Shown piece after piece: positions 54,799-63,981 of a DNA stretch of 64,000 nt. Each line of letters starts with the position of its first letter. Within the stretch, counting starts at the first letter, position 1. The notes below the pieces were generated by a model, which searched no databases, was not told where the DNA came from, and worked only from the letters and a program-made list of their open reading frames with translations. Made by a program: the position numbers and the translations under genes. The stretch covers positions 124,001 through 188,000 of IMG/VR virus record IMGVR_UViG_3300043418_000114; one strand, 5' to 3'.

Positions 54799-55328
54799 AG
54801 CAAAAATACATAGACTATTACATGGACGTTGCAGAACGTACCGGTAAACTCAGCCACGCGATTCGCAGACAAGTGGGAGCCGTGATCGTCAAAGACAATC
54901 GCATTCTGTCATATGGCTACAATGGCATGCCAACTGGTTGGGACAACGAATGCGAGTACAAAGACTACATGAGTGGCGATGCTGGCGGTTGGCTCAATCC
55001 TGATGAAATTCAAGAACGTTGGCCAATCGTAGAGTATGATCCTTCGGTGCAAAGCAACAGACGATATCGTTTGGTAACCAAAGATGAAGTCTTACATGCA
55101 GAAAGCAACGCAATCGCTAAAGTGTCTGGTTCTACTGAGTCAAGTGAAGATGCTACACTATTTGTAACAACTGCACCTTGCATTCACTGTGCTAAGATGA
55201 TTTTTCAATCTGGCATCAGAAGCGTGTTCTACCGTGAAGCCTATCGAGATACGGCTGGAGTAGATTTCTTAACCAAAGGTGGAGTTAGTGTCACCCAATA
55301 CACAGCACAAGACAATAATAGTAATTGA
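54795..55328 (+). CDS. Deoxycytidylate deaminase
   Basis: VGAVIVKD, GYNG, HAESNAI, PCIHC zinc motif. Confidence 0.92.
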   Translation: MKQKYIDYYMDVAERTGKLSHAIRRQVGAVIVKDNRILSYGYNGMPTGWDNECEYKDYMSGDAGGWLNPDEIQERWPIVEYDPSVQSNRRYRLVTKDEVLHAESNAIAKVSGSTESSEDATLFVTTAPCIHCAKMIFQSGIRSVFYREAYRDTAGVDFLTKGGVSVTQYTAQDNNSN

Positions 55329-55488
55329 TTTTGGAGGTCTGAGACCAATCGCCAGTTGGTGCGAACGCAATTGCATCGGAGACTGGGGCTGGTCGCAGAT
55401 AGAGCCTGCTGGCGAAGATGCAGGTGTGTATGAGTTTTACTTTGAGGAAGAAAAAGATAAAGTTGCCTTTATCTTATGGAAGACATGA
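55279..55488 (+). CDS. Hypothetical protein
   Basis: WCERNCIGDW...FEEEKDKVAFIL. Confidence 0.55.
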   Translation: MELVSPNTQHKTIIVIDFGGLRPIASWCERNCIGDWGWSQIEPAGEDAGVYEFYFEEEKDKVAFILWKT

Positions 55489-55757
55489 AATACTTTACAT
55501 TTAAACGTGAATCAAATGATTTTGATGATATACTAAAAGACACTATCATCAAGAAACTGTTCTCTATGAAACTTCAATGGAGAAATCACTTGATGGTAGG
55601 TATCAGTGAAGCTGGCAACGATGGCACATTTAGCTACATTACACTGAAATACGGCGATGATATGGTAACTGATATTGTCCCAGATCGTTCACCTGTTATA
55701 TACGTAGATTACTTGCCAAAGGGCAACGAAAACTACAAGGGCTCAGTATCTAAGTGA
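55485..55757 (+). CDS. Hypothetical protein
   Basis: Coupled ORF. Confidence 0.55.
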   Translation: MKYFTFKRESNDFDDILKDTIIKKLFSMKLQWRNHLMVGISEAGNDGTFSYITLKYGDDMVTDIVPDRSPVIYVDYLPKGNENYKGSVSK

Positions 55758-56492
55758 TATTAGGCGGGCTTCTGGAATACGAGTATGAGTATTCTTGCTA
55801 CCTAATAGAACGACTGTTCTAATTCCATTCTTGGTTGGTAACATCATCACGATGCATCCACCACTGCGATTAATAAATCCTGTCTTACTTACAACGAATG
55901 ATTGTAATCCAACGATGGGATTTGTGTTGTGAAATACTAGTTTAGATTTCTTAACAGGAACAACAATCAACGACTTGTTACTAGCTTGTACGATTGTTGA
56001 ATAAGAGCTTGCCGCTTGTACCATTTTAATCAAATCTTCTGCCGTACTGACATTCATCACAGATAATCCAGTTGGCTCGGCAAATTTCGTGTTAGGCATC
56101 TCTAGTGCGTATGCTTTTGAATTCATAGCATGTATACATGCAGAGAACCCGCCAGGATAATACTCACAGAGCAACCTAGCCGCTTTGTTGTCAGACTTAA
56201 CTATCGCCAAATCAATCAACGTTTGTCGTGTTTGTTCTTGGTTGTAGAGCTTTGTAGGAATAGTCTCGTCAAGCGGCTGGTTTGCATCCATGACAATCAT
56301 TACCGTCATTAATTTAGTGATGCTGGCGATAGAACGGACGGCTGTAGTATTGATGCCGTCTATTATTTTTCCTGATTCGTCAGCCACCAACCATGACTTA
56401 GCGGTAATCACTGGTTCATGTTGAACTTTGGCATTGCCCACCAGCGAAGTGAACAAAGCCGTGATCAACACGGTCTTTTTCAAAAAGTTCAT
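55743..56492 (-). CDS. pbpG: D-alanyl-D-alanine endopeptidase/carboxypeptidase (peptidase S11, PBP7-like)
   Basis: Signal peptide; ASITK (SxxK), SDN, KTG; EPTGLS..NVSTAEDL. Confidence 0.88.
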   Translation of the reverse strand: MNFLKKTVLITALFTSLVGNAKVQHEPVITAKSWLVADESGKIIDGINTTAVRSIASITKLMTVMIVMDANQPLDETIPTKLYNQEQTRQTLIDLAIVKSDNKAARLLCEYYPGGFSACIHAMNSKAYALEMPNTKFAEPTGLSVMNVSTAEDLIKMVQAASSYSTIVQASNKSLIVVPVKKSKLVFHNTNPIVGLQSFVVSKTGFINRSGGCIVMMLPTKNGIRTVVLLGSKNTHTRIPEARLISLRY

Positions 56493-56498
56493 TTGATT

Positions 56499-56533
56499 AT
56501 TGTATCATAGATATGCATTAGATTCAATGCATA
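56499..56533 (-). promoter_or_regulatory. sigma70 promoter of the PBP7-like gene with an 8-bp inverted repeat around -35
   Basis: TTGAAT-N17-TACAAT on -; TATGCATT-N6-AATGCATA at 56512-56533. Confidence 0.6.
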
Positions 56534-56538
56534 CGGTG

Positions 56539-56560
56539 AAAAGCCCCCGAAGGGGCTTTT
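56539..56560 (-). terminator. Rho-independent terminator (UUCG tetraloop)
   Basis: AAAAGCCCC-TTCG-GGGGCTTTT on the - strand after the DUF4337-like gene. Confidence 0.85.
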
Positions 56561-56561
56561 A

Positions 56562-57107
56562 TTAGAACCAGAGCCAGATGCCCTGACTTAACAGTAATAC
56601 ACCTATAACAGCAACCACTTCGCTGATTTTGTACATTTTGTTGTTGACTGCTAGAATAGAAGCTGATAACAACACAATAGCTAATTGGAATGCCATGCTT
56701 GCGAACGTTAGCCATGGAGAGTGCTTTGCCGCATCGTCACGTGCCTTTTCAAATGCCTGTGCTTTTGCCAACAACTCTTTCTTGCCTTCGCCTTTTTCTG
56801 GATCACTTTCGTAACGAGCAATCTTAGCATCTAACTTTTCAGCCTTTGCTTTGTCACCACGGGCAACATAGTCGTCACGCTGACCTTCTGCAATAGCTTG
56901 CTTGATAGATTTAGACTGAAAGAAAGCGTATGTATCAGTTGCTTTCAGGGTATTCTTCAATATTGCACCACTATAAGTGTTTGCAAAGTATGTAGTGATT
57001 GCCATGAACAATGCCATGATAACGATTACTAAGCCCGCTTTGTCTTTGATTTGTGCTTCACGCTCGGAACGTGATAATGGTTTGGTTTCTTGTTTTAGTT
57101 CTGCCAT
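56562..57107 (-). CDS. DUF4337-like membrane protein
   Basis: KATDTYAFFQSKSIK, RYESDP, AFQLAIVLLSASIL; ATAAATA at 57126-57120. Confidence 0.7.
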   Translation of the reverse strand: MAELKQETKPLSRSEREAQIKDKAGLVIVIMALFMAITTYFANTYSGAILKNTLKATDTYAFFQSKSIKQAIAEGQRDDYVARGDKAKAEKLDAKIARYESDPEKGEGKKELLAKAQAFEKARDDAAKHSPWLTFASMAFQLAIVLLSASILAVNNKMYKISEVVAVIGVLLLSQGIWLWF

Positions 57108-57126
57108 TTTTTTCTCCTATATTTAT

Positions 57127-57300
57127 TTAGTGTAAGTGCTTTGCGTACCACTTGAGGAAAACATATAATATTCCTAAAGATACTGCAAATAACATGAAAA
57201 AGAACGAATTGACTATGAGCATGGATACTAGAGTTCCCTGTTCAAGTAGCCACCACCATAGATAATCGTATTGTTCTTTGATTTCTTTAAATATTTTCAT
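57127..57300 (-). CDS. Small membrane protein
   Basis: MKIFKEIKEQYDYLWWW... one long TM. Confidence 0.5.
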   Translation of the reverse strand: MKIFKEIKEQYDYLWWWLLEQGTLVSMLIVNSFFFMLFAVSLGILYVFLKWYAKHLH

Positions 57301-57301
57301 C

Positions 57302-58084
57302 TTATCTTCCAACGTACTTTTTAGGTAGTGCTTCAAGTTTGCGTTGTTCTTCTGTTTTTGGTATCCAATCGTCTCCATACTGTGGATACTTTCGAATTCT
57401 GTCTTCTACTACCATTGCCAATGCAAGTCCTATACCTGCGGCTAACATTACTGCACCTATTCCCCAGGCTGCCTCTACCCAGATCGTTTCAATGCGTTTC
57501 TTTCGCTTCATGGATCTGATATGCTGATTCTTCATTTGTTGTTGAATCAACACACGCTGGGTAGCACCCATCTTCTGCATCATTGCCTCAACCTCAGTGT
57601 AGAGCGCACCCAACTCAGGAGGACTTTGATATACCATTAACTCTCTCAAGTCAACACTCATTTGTTCTAGTTGCTTACGCATTAAAACACGCTGGAGGGC
57701 ACGTTTGCCCAGGGATGCATCACCCGTATAAACTTCTGTTTCCGCTCGGCGCTCCTCTTCCTCGAAGACGGCCATGCACTTATAGAAGTTATCGTAGTAT
57801 GTGCCTAAGTGATCACCGATTTCTTGGTAGATGCCTTGATGTGCGCCTTCATTGGCTTTCTTGTTGAGTTCTCTGACACGTTCCTTTTCTTCTAAGAACT
57901 GTCGCTTTTGCTCATTGGTTGCTGGTTTCTCAGGTGGATGTAGCTTATGAAACTGGTCGTCTAAATCTTTAAGAACTTCCTTGACTTCGCCAGCCGCACC
58001 TTTAATGTCCTTGTATAGTTTGCACCCAGCTTTGACTGCCGAAACAGCCCCATTGGCTAGAGCAAAGAGCGTTAGCGGATCCAT
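57302..58084 (-). CDS. Helical late protein with C-terminal TM
   Basis: MDPLTLFALANGAVSAVKAG...; TATAAATA at 58127-58120. Confidence 0.7.
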   Translation of the reverse strand: MDPLTLFALANGAVSAVKAGCKLYKDIKGAAGEVKEVLKDLDDQFHKLHPPEKPATNEQKRQFLEEKERVRELNKKANEGAHQGIYQEIGDHLGTYYDNFYKCMAVFEEEERRAETEVYTGDASLGKRALQRVLMRKQLEQMSVDLRELMVYQSPPELGALYTEVEAMMQKMGATQRVLIQQQMKNQHIRSMKRKKRIETIWVEAAWGIGAVMLAAGIGLALAMVVEDRIRKYPQYGDDWIPKTEEQRKLEALPKKYVGR

Positions 58085-58211
58085 CCCAACAAAATCCTTT
58101 ATTTATTATAGTTATCATCTATTTATAAAAAAGTTAGACTTTTTTGATTGGATTATTTGATAAATATCAATGTCAACATCTTAGACAATAACAATAATAA
58201 TAAAGGAATAG

Positions 58212-59246
58212 ATGATGAAGAAGACAATTTTGGCGCTGGCCATGATGGCTGGCCTCGGCGCGTATGCCCAAACCTCTCCTACCCTAATCAATCAGGGAAC
58301 CTACGATAGCAAGACTTTGGTAGATACTAATAGCACTTCCAATAGTGCTAGTTCAGTTACTACCAACAACACAAGTGTGAGTACCAGTACAAACACAAGT
58401 GCTAGTACGGTAAATAGCACTAGTGTAAACACGAACAACAACGTGAACAGTGGTACAATTACGTATAACAACAATAACGTATCCAGTGGCTCATTGACTA
58501 ACATAAATCAGAATACCAATAACGGTACGATGACTTATAACAACAATAATGCCATGAGTGGTTCAGTGACGTATAACAATAACAACGTGCAGTCTGGCAC
58601 ATTGACGAATAACAACAATAACGTCAATACCACTACAGCAACCACGGTTAATACAAACAACAACATTAACTCAGGAACACAAACGTTCAACAATAACAAC
58701 GTCAGTACCGCAGTTAATACCAATAACAACGTCAACACTGGCACCATGACGTACAACAATAACAATGCTAGTACCAGTTCTAACACCAACGTGAATCAGA
58801 ACAATAATAATAGTACTAGCACTGCTACAAACGTCAATCAGAATATTCAAAGCGGTTCGTTAACTAACAACAATAACAACGTTAGTAAGATTGACCAGAC
58901 ACTACATCAGCCACCTCCAACAGCTATCGCTCCAGCGATGATGAGCATGGGCACTGATTTGTGCGTTACCGGTGTTAGTGGCGCAACACAAACTCAAATC
59001 TTTGGCTTGAGCTTTGGCTCTACCATGCGTGATGCGAACTGTGAACGACTAAAGCTATCAAAGACTTTATTCGACATGGGCATGAAGGTGGCGGCAGTTG
59101 CCACAATGTGTCAAGATCGCCGTATCTGGGATGCTATGATGCAAGCTGGCACACCTTGCCCATATGAAGGCAAGATTGGTGAGCAAGCACGTGAAGCATG
59201 GGAAGCAAACCCTAAAAAGATTCCTACTATCGGCTTGAAAGAGTAA
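58212..59246 (+). CDS. Exported Asn/Thr-rich repeat protein with Cys-containing C-terminal domain
   Basis: Signal peptide; 12-aa repeats SGTITYNNNNVS; PPTAIAP...DLC...NCERLKLS...MCQD...GTPCP; ATAAATA at 58160. Confidence 0.8.
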   Translation: MMKKTILALAMMAGLGAYAQTSPTLINQGTYDSKTLVDTNSTSNSASSVTTNNTSVSTSTNTSASTVNSTSVNTNNNVNSGTITYNNNNVSSGSLTNINQNTNNGTMTYNNNNAMSGSVTYNNNNVQSGTLTNNNNNVNTTTATTVNTNNNINSGTQTFNNNNVSTAVNTNNNVNTGTMTYNNNNASTSSNTNVNQNNNNSTSTATNVNQNIQSGSLTNNNNNVSKIDQTLHQPPPTAIAPAMMSMGTDLCVTGVSGATQTQIFGLSFGSTMRDANCERLKLSKTLFDMGMKVAAVATMCQDRRIWDAMMQAGTPCPYEGKIGEQAREAWEANPKKIPTIGLKE

Positions 59247-59247
59247 G

Positions 59248-61134
59248 ATGAAGGGACTAGTACTCGGCTTGATGTTATTGAGCAATTCAGTTTTTGCTCA
59301 ATACATACAAAACGTGGGTATGATTGATGGTGCTACTGGTAACTTAGTATACACCTCTGTCAATCCACCACCTCCTGGCGCCGATCCAGTTACTTGGTCT
59401 GGCTTTACGGGCACAACTTCAACTGGTGGCGGATACAGCGGCGGCTATATGCCAGGATACAATTCAACCACTGGCACCTTCATGTTTGGTTATAGTAGAG
59501 GAACTATAGCGTATTCGACTCCAGTTAACTATGCATTAGCAATGGCCGGTACAAATATTCAGGTGAATGGGTTTAAGTATTCTTGGGAGTATATTAACCA
59601 AGACTACAGCAGAGGAACACTTAGTGGTAATATTAACTTGACTAGCAACACTGGTCAAGTATTGCAGAACTACAACTATAATATGCCACAGACAACTGCT
59701 GGCTGGACAACAATGAGTGGCATAGAAAACTTCAACACTCAGTATGCCGCATCATCATTGGGCCGTCTAAATGTCAGTTTCACTGGCAAAGATGATAGAT
59801 TCTGGGCTGGTTACTATGGTCCACAAATTAGAGATATCGATGTGAAGTTGTTATATAGCGTTGCACCTCCTCCTGTGCCAACGGACTTTCTAAAGTGGGT
59901 TCCTCTTACAAATGAAAACGGAGAGTTCACACTTACTAAGCCAGGTGTGGTTCGCTACGGTGCTAATGATGTGTATGTTTATCATGAATTTCAAGCTGGC
60001 ACGTATAGCTGTACTAACAGTGCTTGGGGCATTGATCCACTTAGTGGTGTTGGCAAATCTTGTTCACTAGGCACAAACACATCCACAACAACTACTCCCA
60101 CAGTTACTAAGACTACCACAACTGATACTTACACTAGTGGTGTGACATTGTTGGAACCAGTAACAACTGCATCGACACCTACTACCACAACGGTAGCAAC
60201 ACCGACAGTAGATTCTACATCCTTGCCAACTAGTTCCGCACCACAAACAAGTGTGATTAGTGCGGTTGTTTCTGCACCAGCACCGACTACTTCAACGAGT
60301 ACAACGACTGCAAGTACCTCAACCATATCGAGTACACAGAGTTCAAAAGAATCAAGTGGGTCAAGTGGTTCAACTAGTTTGGCACTAAGCATTATCAGTA
60401 AGAACAATGAACGTGATGCCGCTGGATCAGCAGTTGCACAATCAGCAATGGCACAAGCACAACAGGCGGCAACTCAAGCACAACAGGATGCCGCTAATGT
60501 AGCATCAAACGCAGTGTCAAACAGCGTGAGTGCTAACGCAGTGTCAATTGGTGGTCAGCAATCAACTGGTAATGGAATCAGAGCTACATCAAGTGGTAGT
60601 TCATCTGTATTGGCGTCGAACGCTTCCTTGTCTATTGGCACAACAGGAACTGCACAGCAACTAGTAATATCACAACAGCCTGGCACTACTTCTGTTATTA
60701 ACACAACAACACAAAGCGCAACTGCACAGACAGCATCCGCATATACACAGCAGAACGTTAGCACGACAATGCAAACGCAAGAGACTTACGTGTTGGTTCA
60801 ACCTAATACACTAACTGACAGAACAAACCCACTGACCGATATCGTTGAGGGTAAACAATCCGTTCCTCAAAGTAATTCAGTGGGAATGACAGGCCCTGCA
60901 GTGAATAAAAATGCACAGGACAATGACATTGCAGGTGGCGTATCTATCAACAAAATGGCTACTGCGCCTAATGGATACGGAGACTACTTAAACTTTACTA
61001 TGCGTGATGTTGCATTCTACGCACCAAAGGAAGTTTACAAGAATCAACGTAACGTTGATAACCAACGTGCATTGCGTACACTAACCAGTGACAGCAAGCA
61101 CAGAGAAATGGTGGAGATGCAATATGCTAAATGA
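59248..61134 (+). CDS. Exported multidomain protein with lectin-like Cys domain and Thr/Ser-rich stalk
   Basis: Signal peptide; VRYGA...CTNSAWGIDPLSGVGKSC; long T/S/A/Q low-complexity region. Confidence 0.75.
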   Translation: MKGLVLGLMLLSNSVFAQYIQNVGMIDGATGNLVYTSVNPPPPGADPVTWSGFTGTTSTGGGYSGGYMPGYNSTTGTFMFGYSRGTIAYSTPVNYALAMAGTNIQVNGFKYSWEYINQDYSRGTLSGNINLTSNTGQVLQNYNYNMPQTTAGWTTMSGIENFNTQYAASSLGRLNVSFTGKDDRFWAGYYGPQIRDIDVKLLYSVAPPPVPTDFLKWVPLTNENGEFTLTKPGVVRYGANDVYVYHEFQAGTYSCTNSAWGIDPLSGVGKSCSLGTNTSTTTTPTVTKTTTTDTYTSGVTLLEPVTTASTPTTTTVATPTVDSTSLPTSSAPQTSVISAVVSAPAPTTSTSTTTASTSTISSTQSSKESSGSSGSTSLALSIISKNNERDAAGSAVAQSAMAQAQQAATQAQQDAANVASNAVSNSVSANAVSIGGQQSTGNGIRATSSGSSSVLASNASLSIGTTGTAQQLVISQQPGTTSVINTTTQSATAQTASAYTQQNVSTTMQTQETYVLVQPNTLTDRTNPLTDIVEGKQSVPQSNSVGMTGPAVNKNAQDNDIAGGVSINKMATAPNGYGDYLNFTMRDVAFYAPKEVYKNQRNVDNQRALRTLTSDSKHREMVEMQYAK

Positions 61135-61266
61135 GATTATTAATTGGAATACAACTGCAATGATTATCGTCGCAGTGTTGAGTATACATGCCGGAATCAA
61201 ACTAATAAACCGAATGTTTGAAAACCTAGGCAAGAAAAAGAATTCATTATTTTAAAGGAAGTGAAT

Positions 61267-61833
61267 ATGTCAGAAGAAATTAAAGACTTAAACAGTCAAG
61301 TCGATAAACTAGAGGAAGCCGCTAAGAAGTATGCGAGTAAAGATACAGTCATTAGCATTGGTGGTTATGAGTTTACGCCAGCAAAGTTAATGGTTGCATT
61401 CACAATTGTGTCTTCAACTCTCGGCGGGCTTTATGGATGTTTTGAGGTCTACAAAGACTACACAAGCATGAAAAAACACATCGCGGAATACGTTGCACCT
61501 GATCTATCTGTATTTGATAAACGTTTAGCCGTTATCGAAGAAAATAGCCAGAAGTCAACTGACTACACCCGTGATATCAAAAACGATTTAAAGAACGATA
61601 TCCGTCGTTTGGAAGGAGTAGTTGAGAATGTAGAACGTAGTCAAAAACAAACTGCTAGAGAAACGGATGTTGCAGTGCGTGAAGTTCAAACCGAAGTGCG
61701 TAATACAACTCGCAGTGTCGAACAGGAACTACGTAAGAACACCCGTGAGATGGAACAGTCAGTAAAGAACATACAAAGAGAAGTTGACCAAAAAATCAAA
61801 CAGGCTATTGACAATCCACTAGCAAACAAGTAA
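61267..61833 (+). CDS. TM plus coiled-coil protein
   Basis: Single TM, then heptad repeats ending AIDNPLANK. Confidence 0.7.
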   Translation: MSEEIKDLNSQVDKLEEAAKKYASKDTVISIGGYEFTPAKLMVAFTIVSSTLGGLYGCFEVYKDYTSMKKHIAEYVAPDLSVFDKRLAVIEENSQKSTDYTRDIKNDLKNDIRRLEGVVENVERSQKQTARETDVAVREVQTEVRNTTRSVEQELRKNTREMEQSVKNIQREVDQKIKQAIDNPLANK

Positions 61834-61842
61834 AATGATTGA

Positions 61843-62403
61843 ATGAAAATCACAGAACTTGAAAAGAAAATGCCCCATCTGTATCTTGATATGGATGGGG
61901 TTCAAGCTGACTTCTTTGGTGCATGGGCTGACAAGCATAACGTTAGTCACTGGAGAGCTATCCAGGACAAAGAAGGTGAAATCGAAGAACTGGCAAACAG
62001 TACACCAGAACAAGTCTACGATTTCTTCCGCAAGCTAAAACCACTACCAGGTGGACAACTAATTATCAATTGGTTGAAAGAAAACAAAATCCCCTTTACC
62101 GTACTGAGTGCTCCTCTACGGGGCCCATACGCCGATGTTAGTAAGCAAGCCAAACGTGATTGGTTAGATGAACATAATCCAGGTACTAGCGAAGATGCTA
62201 TCTTTACTAGCGGCAAGCAAAAGTACGCAGTGACAGATGGTGTTGCTAATGTACTAGTTGACGATTTTGGACCCTATATCCAAAAATGGACAGATGCTGG
62301 CGGCATACCCGTCAAGCATGAGGATGAATCAGAAGTTGCAAGTGCCGCTGAGGACACTATTGAGAAACTAGAAAAGATTTATTCTCCTTATCTAAAACGA
62401 TAA
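61843..62403 (+). CDS. HAD-family 5'(3')-deoxyribonucleotidase-like protein
   Basis: YLDMDGV.ADF, VLSAP, LVDDF. Confidence 0.8.
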   Translation: MKITELEKKMPHLYLDMDGVQADFFGAWADKHNVSHWRAIQDKEGEIEELANSTPEQVYDFFRKLKPLPGGQLIINWLKENKIPFTVLSAPLRGPYADVSKQAKRDWLDEHNPGTSEDAIFTSGKQKYAVTDGVANVLVDDFGPYIQKWTDAGGIPVKHEDESEVASAAEDTIEKLEKIYSPYLKR

Positions 62404-62410
62404 GTAGTAG

Positions 62411-62596
62411 ATGACTGCTCCAGGACAAAACCAAACACGTTACGAAGTTATAACACAAGAAGATCCAGAAACTGGTGATCTTCTTATGCCTATTCCACCT
62501 GAACTATTGAAAAGTCTGGGATGGAAAGAAGGCGACGAAATAGAATTCGGCATCGACGACTCTGGTAATTATATTCTAAAACGAGTTGATAAATGA
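62411..62596 (+). CDS. AbrB/SpoVT-like swapped-hairpin DNA-binding protein
   Basis: LLMPIPPELLKSLGWKEGDEIEF. Confidence 0.7.
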   Translation: MTAPGQNQTRYEVITQEDPETGDLLMPIPPELLKSLGWKEGDEIEFGIDDSGNYILKRVDK

Positions 62597-63000
62597 GCGA
62601 ATACGACATAGATTTATCGGACATGGCTTACACAACACTAACATCACCTAATTCAAGTTTAGTCCGGGGTGCAACTGGAACAACAGCAACAAACAACGTA
62701 TACACAGTAGCAGGATCAAACGGGTCAAGTGCCATGTGGTCTGATACTGTTACTATATCTGCGGCACCCCACCCATCACTTGCAGTAAAAGGTGATGCCA
62801 CGTTTGAAGGCGATGTTAAAATCAATGGCAAGTCAATCGGTGACTCACTTGAGCGTATTGAAGAACGACTAGCTATCTTACGTCCTAACGAAGAACTAGA
62901 AGAAAAGTGGGAAAACTTACGTGGCTTACGTAAGATGTATATGGACCTCGAAGCTGAGATTATTGAGAAAGAAAAGATGTGGGGTATACTCAAAAAGTGA
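62593..63000 (+). CDS. Hypothetical protein
   Basis: Thr-rich N-terminus, LAVKGDATFEGDVKING, coiled coil. Confidence 0.65.
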   Translation: MSEYDIDLSDMAYTTLTSPNSSLVRGATGTTATNNVYTVAGSNGSSAMWSDTVTISAAPHPSLAVKGDATFEGDVKINGKSIGDSLERIEERLAILRPNEELEEKWENLRGLRKMYMDLEAEIIEKEKMWGILKK

Positions 63001-63003
63001 TAC

Positions 63004-63031
63004 TTGACAATTAACTAAATTCCAATATAAT
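63004..63031 (+). promoter_or_regulatory. sigma70 promoter
   Basis: TTGACA-N16-TATAAT. Confidence 0.7.
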
Positions 63032-63061
63032 AGCGCATATATCAACTATGTCCAAACAGCC

Positions 63062-63457
63062 ATGACAATGCATCTCGCACATCCCTCCCTTTCCATGGGT
63101 GGCAAGCGCAAAGGCAAAAAGAAATTTCGCAATGCAGACGAAGCACGTAAAGCACGTGAGCTTGATGCTGAGTGGGAACAAAAGCAAAAAGAGTGGGCTA
63201 AACTCAGTCCACTTGCTAACAAAAAAACAACATTCAAGCCTGCACCTTCCCTGAGTCCGCAGATTCCTGCAGGCCGTGATACAACTCGTCACATCAAGAG
63301 TCTAGACACTGGTCACACTGGTGCAATCGCTAGTAAACAAATCCCACAGTACACTGGCACTAAGATCATCGGCATTGGCACCCTGCACAAATCAAATGCT
63401 GTGCCTATTTTCAGTGATGAAGAAGCGGTTGAAATTTCAAGGATGCGCCGTGGCTAA
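63062..63457 (+). CDS. Basic hypothetical protein
   Basis: YTGTKIIGIGTLHKSNAVPIF...EISRMRR. Confidence 0.7.
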   Translation: MTMHLAHPSLSMGGKRKGKKKFRNADEARKARELDAEWEQKQKEWAKLSPLANKKTTFKPAPSLSPQIPAGRDTTRHIKSLDTGHTGAIASKQIPQYTGTKIIGIGTLHKSNAVPIFSDEEAVEISRMRRG

Positions 63458-63701
63458 TTTCTATTTTGAGATTGCTGACTGCATGATAGACAAAGTTGGC
63501 GGCAAGTATTACATGACCAGTAAGTCAATCACTAGTAATCTTGCCGGAAAATCTCAACGACTATTAGAGTATAGCGATAGGGCTTGGTGCGAAAAAGAAG
63601 GCGCAGTCTGGTTTATTAAACACCGCATGGATCCAACTGCCGAAGTTGACTTGAAGGAATTCATGTGGATCAAACTTAGTGCGGAGGATGTACGTGGTTA
63701 A
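63450..63701 (+). CDS. Hypothetical protein, tandem paralog 1
   Basis: GTG start; DRAW.EKEG.V..IK...LKEFMWIKL. Confidence 0.55.
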   Translation: MANFYFEIADCMIDKVGGKYYMTSKSITSNLAGKSQRLLEYSDRAWCEKEGAVWFIKHRMDPTAEVDLKEFMWIKLSAEDVRG

Positions 63702-63981
63702 TCAAAAAACTCCAGCAATGGTCAATCAATACTATTGTGAGTTAGAGCATGGCTATCAGAGCATTGAAGCTGGCATCTATACTTTCAACAAAGGCCAAGG
63801 CACAAGACACCCTGCTAGTAAATTGCGATATATAGATATTGCTGATAGAGTTTGGAAAGAAAACGAAGTTGGCGTATTTGTAATAAAAAATACTCACAAG
63901 AGCGTAGGTATACCAAACAAACTCGCAGGTGACGAGTTGAAAGAGTTTATGTGGATTAAACTCAAAGCACAAGATATTTAA
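63688..63981 (+). CDS. Hypothetical protein, tandem paralog 2
   Basis: DRVW.ENE.GV..IK...LKEFMWIKL. Confidence 0.55.
   Translation: MYVVNQKTPAMVNQYYCELEHGYQSIEAGIYTFNKGQGTRHPASKLRYIDIADRVWKENEVGVFVIKNTHKSVGIPNKLAGDELKEFMWIKLKAQDI

Noticed and set aside
58330-58890. DNA tandem repeat or microsatellite in the Asn-rich gene
   Set aside because: AAC/AAT codons are mixed and units differ at DNA level; periodicity is at protein level (reported as a finding)
1341-63972. Numerous antisense or nested ORFs in the track (e.g. 20026-20403, 40456-40947, 43425-43949, 58301-58789)
   Set aside because: Shadow frames of well-supported genes, with no RBS, promoter or recognisable motifs
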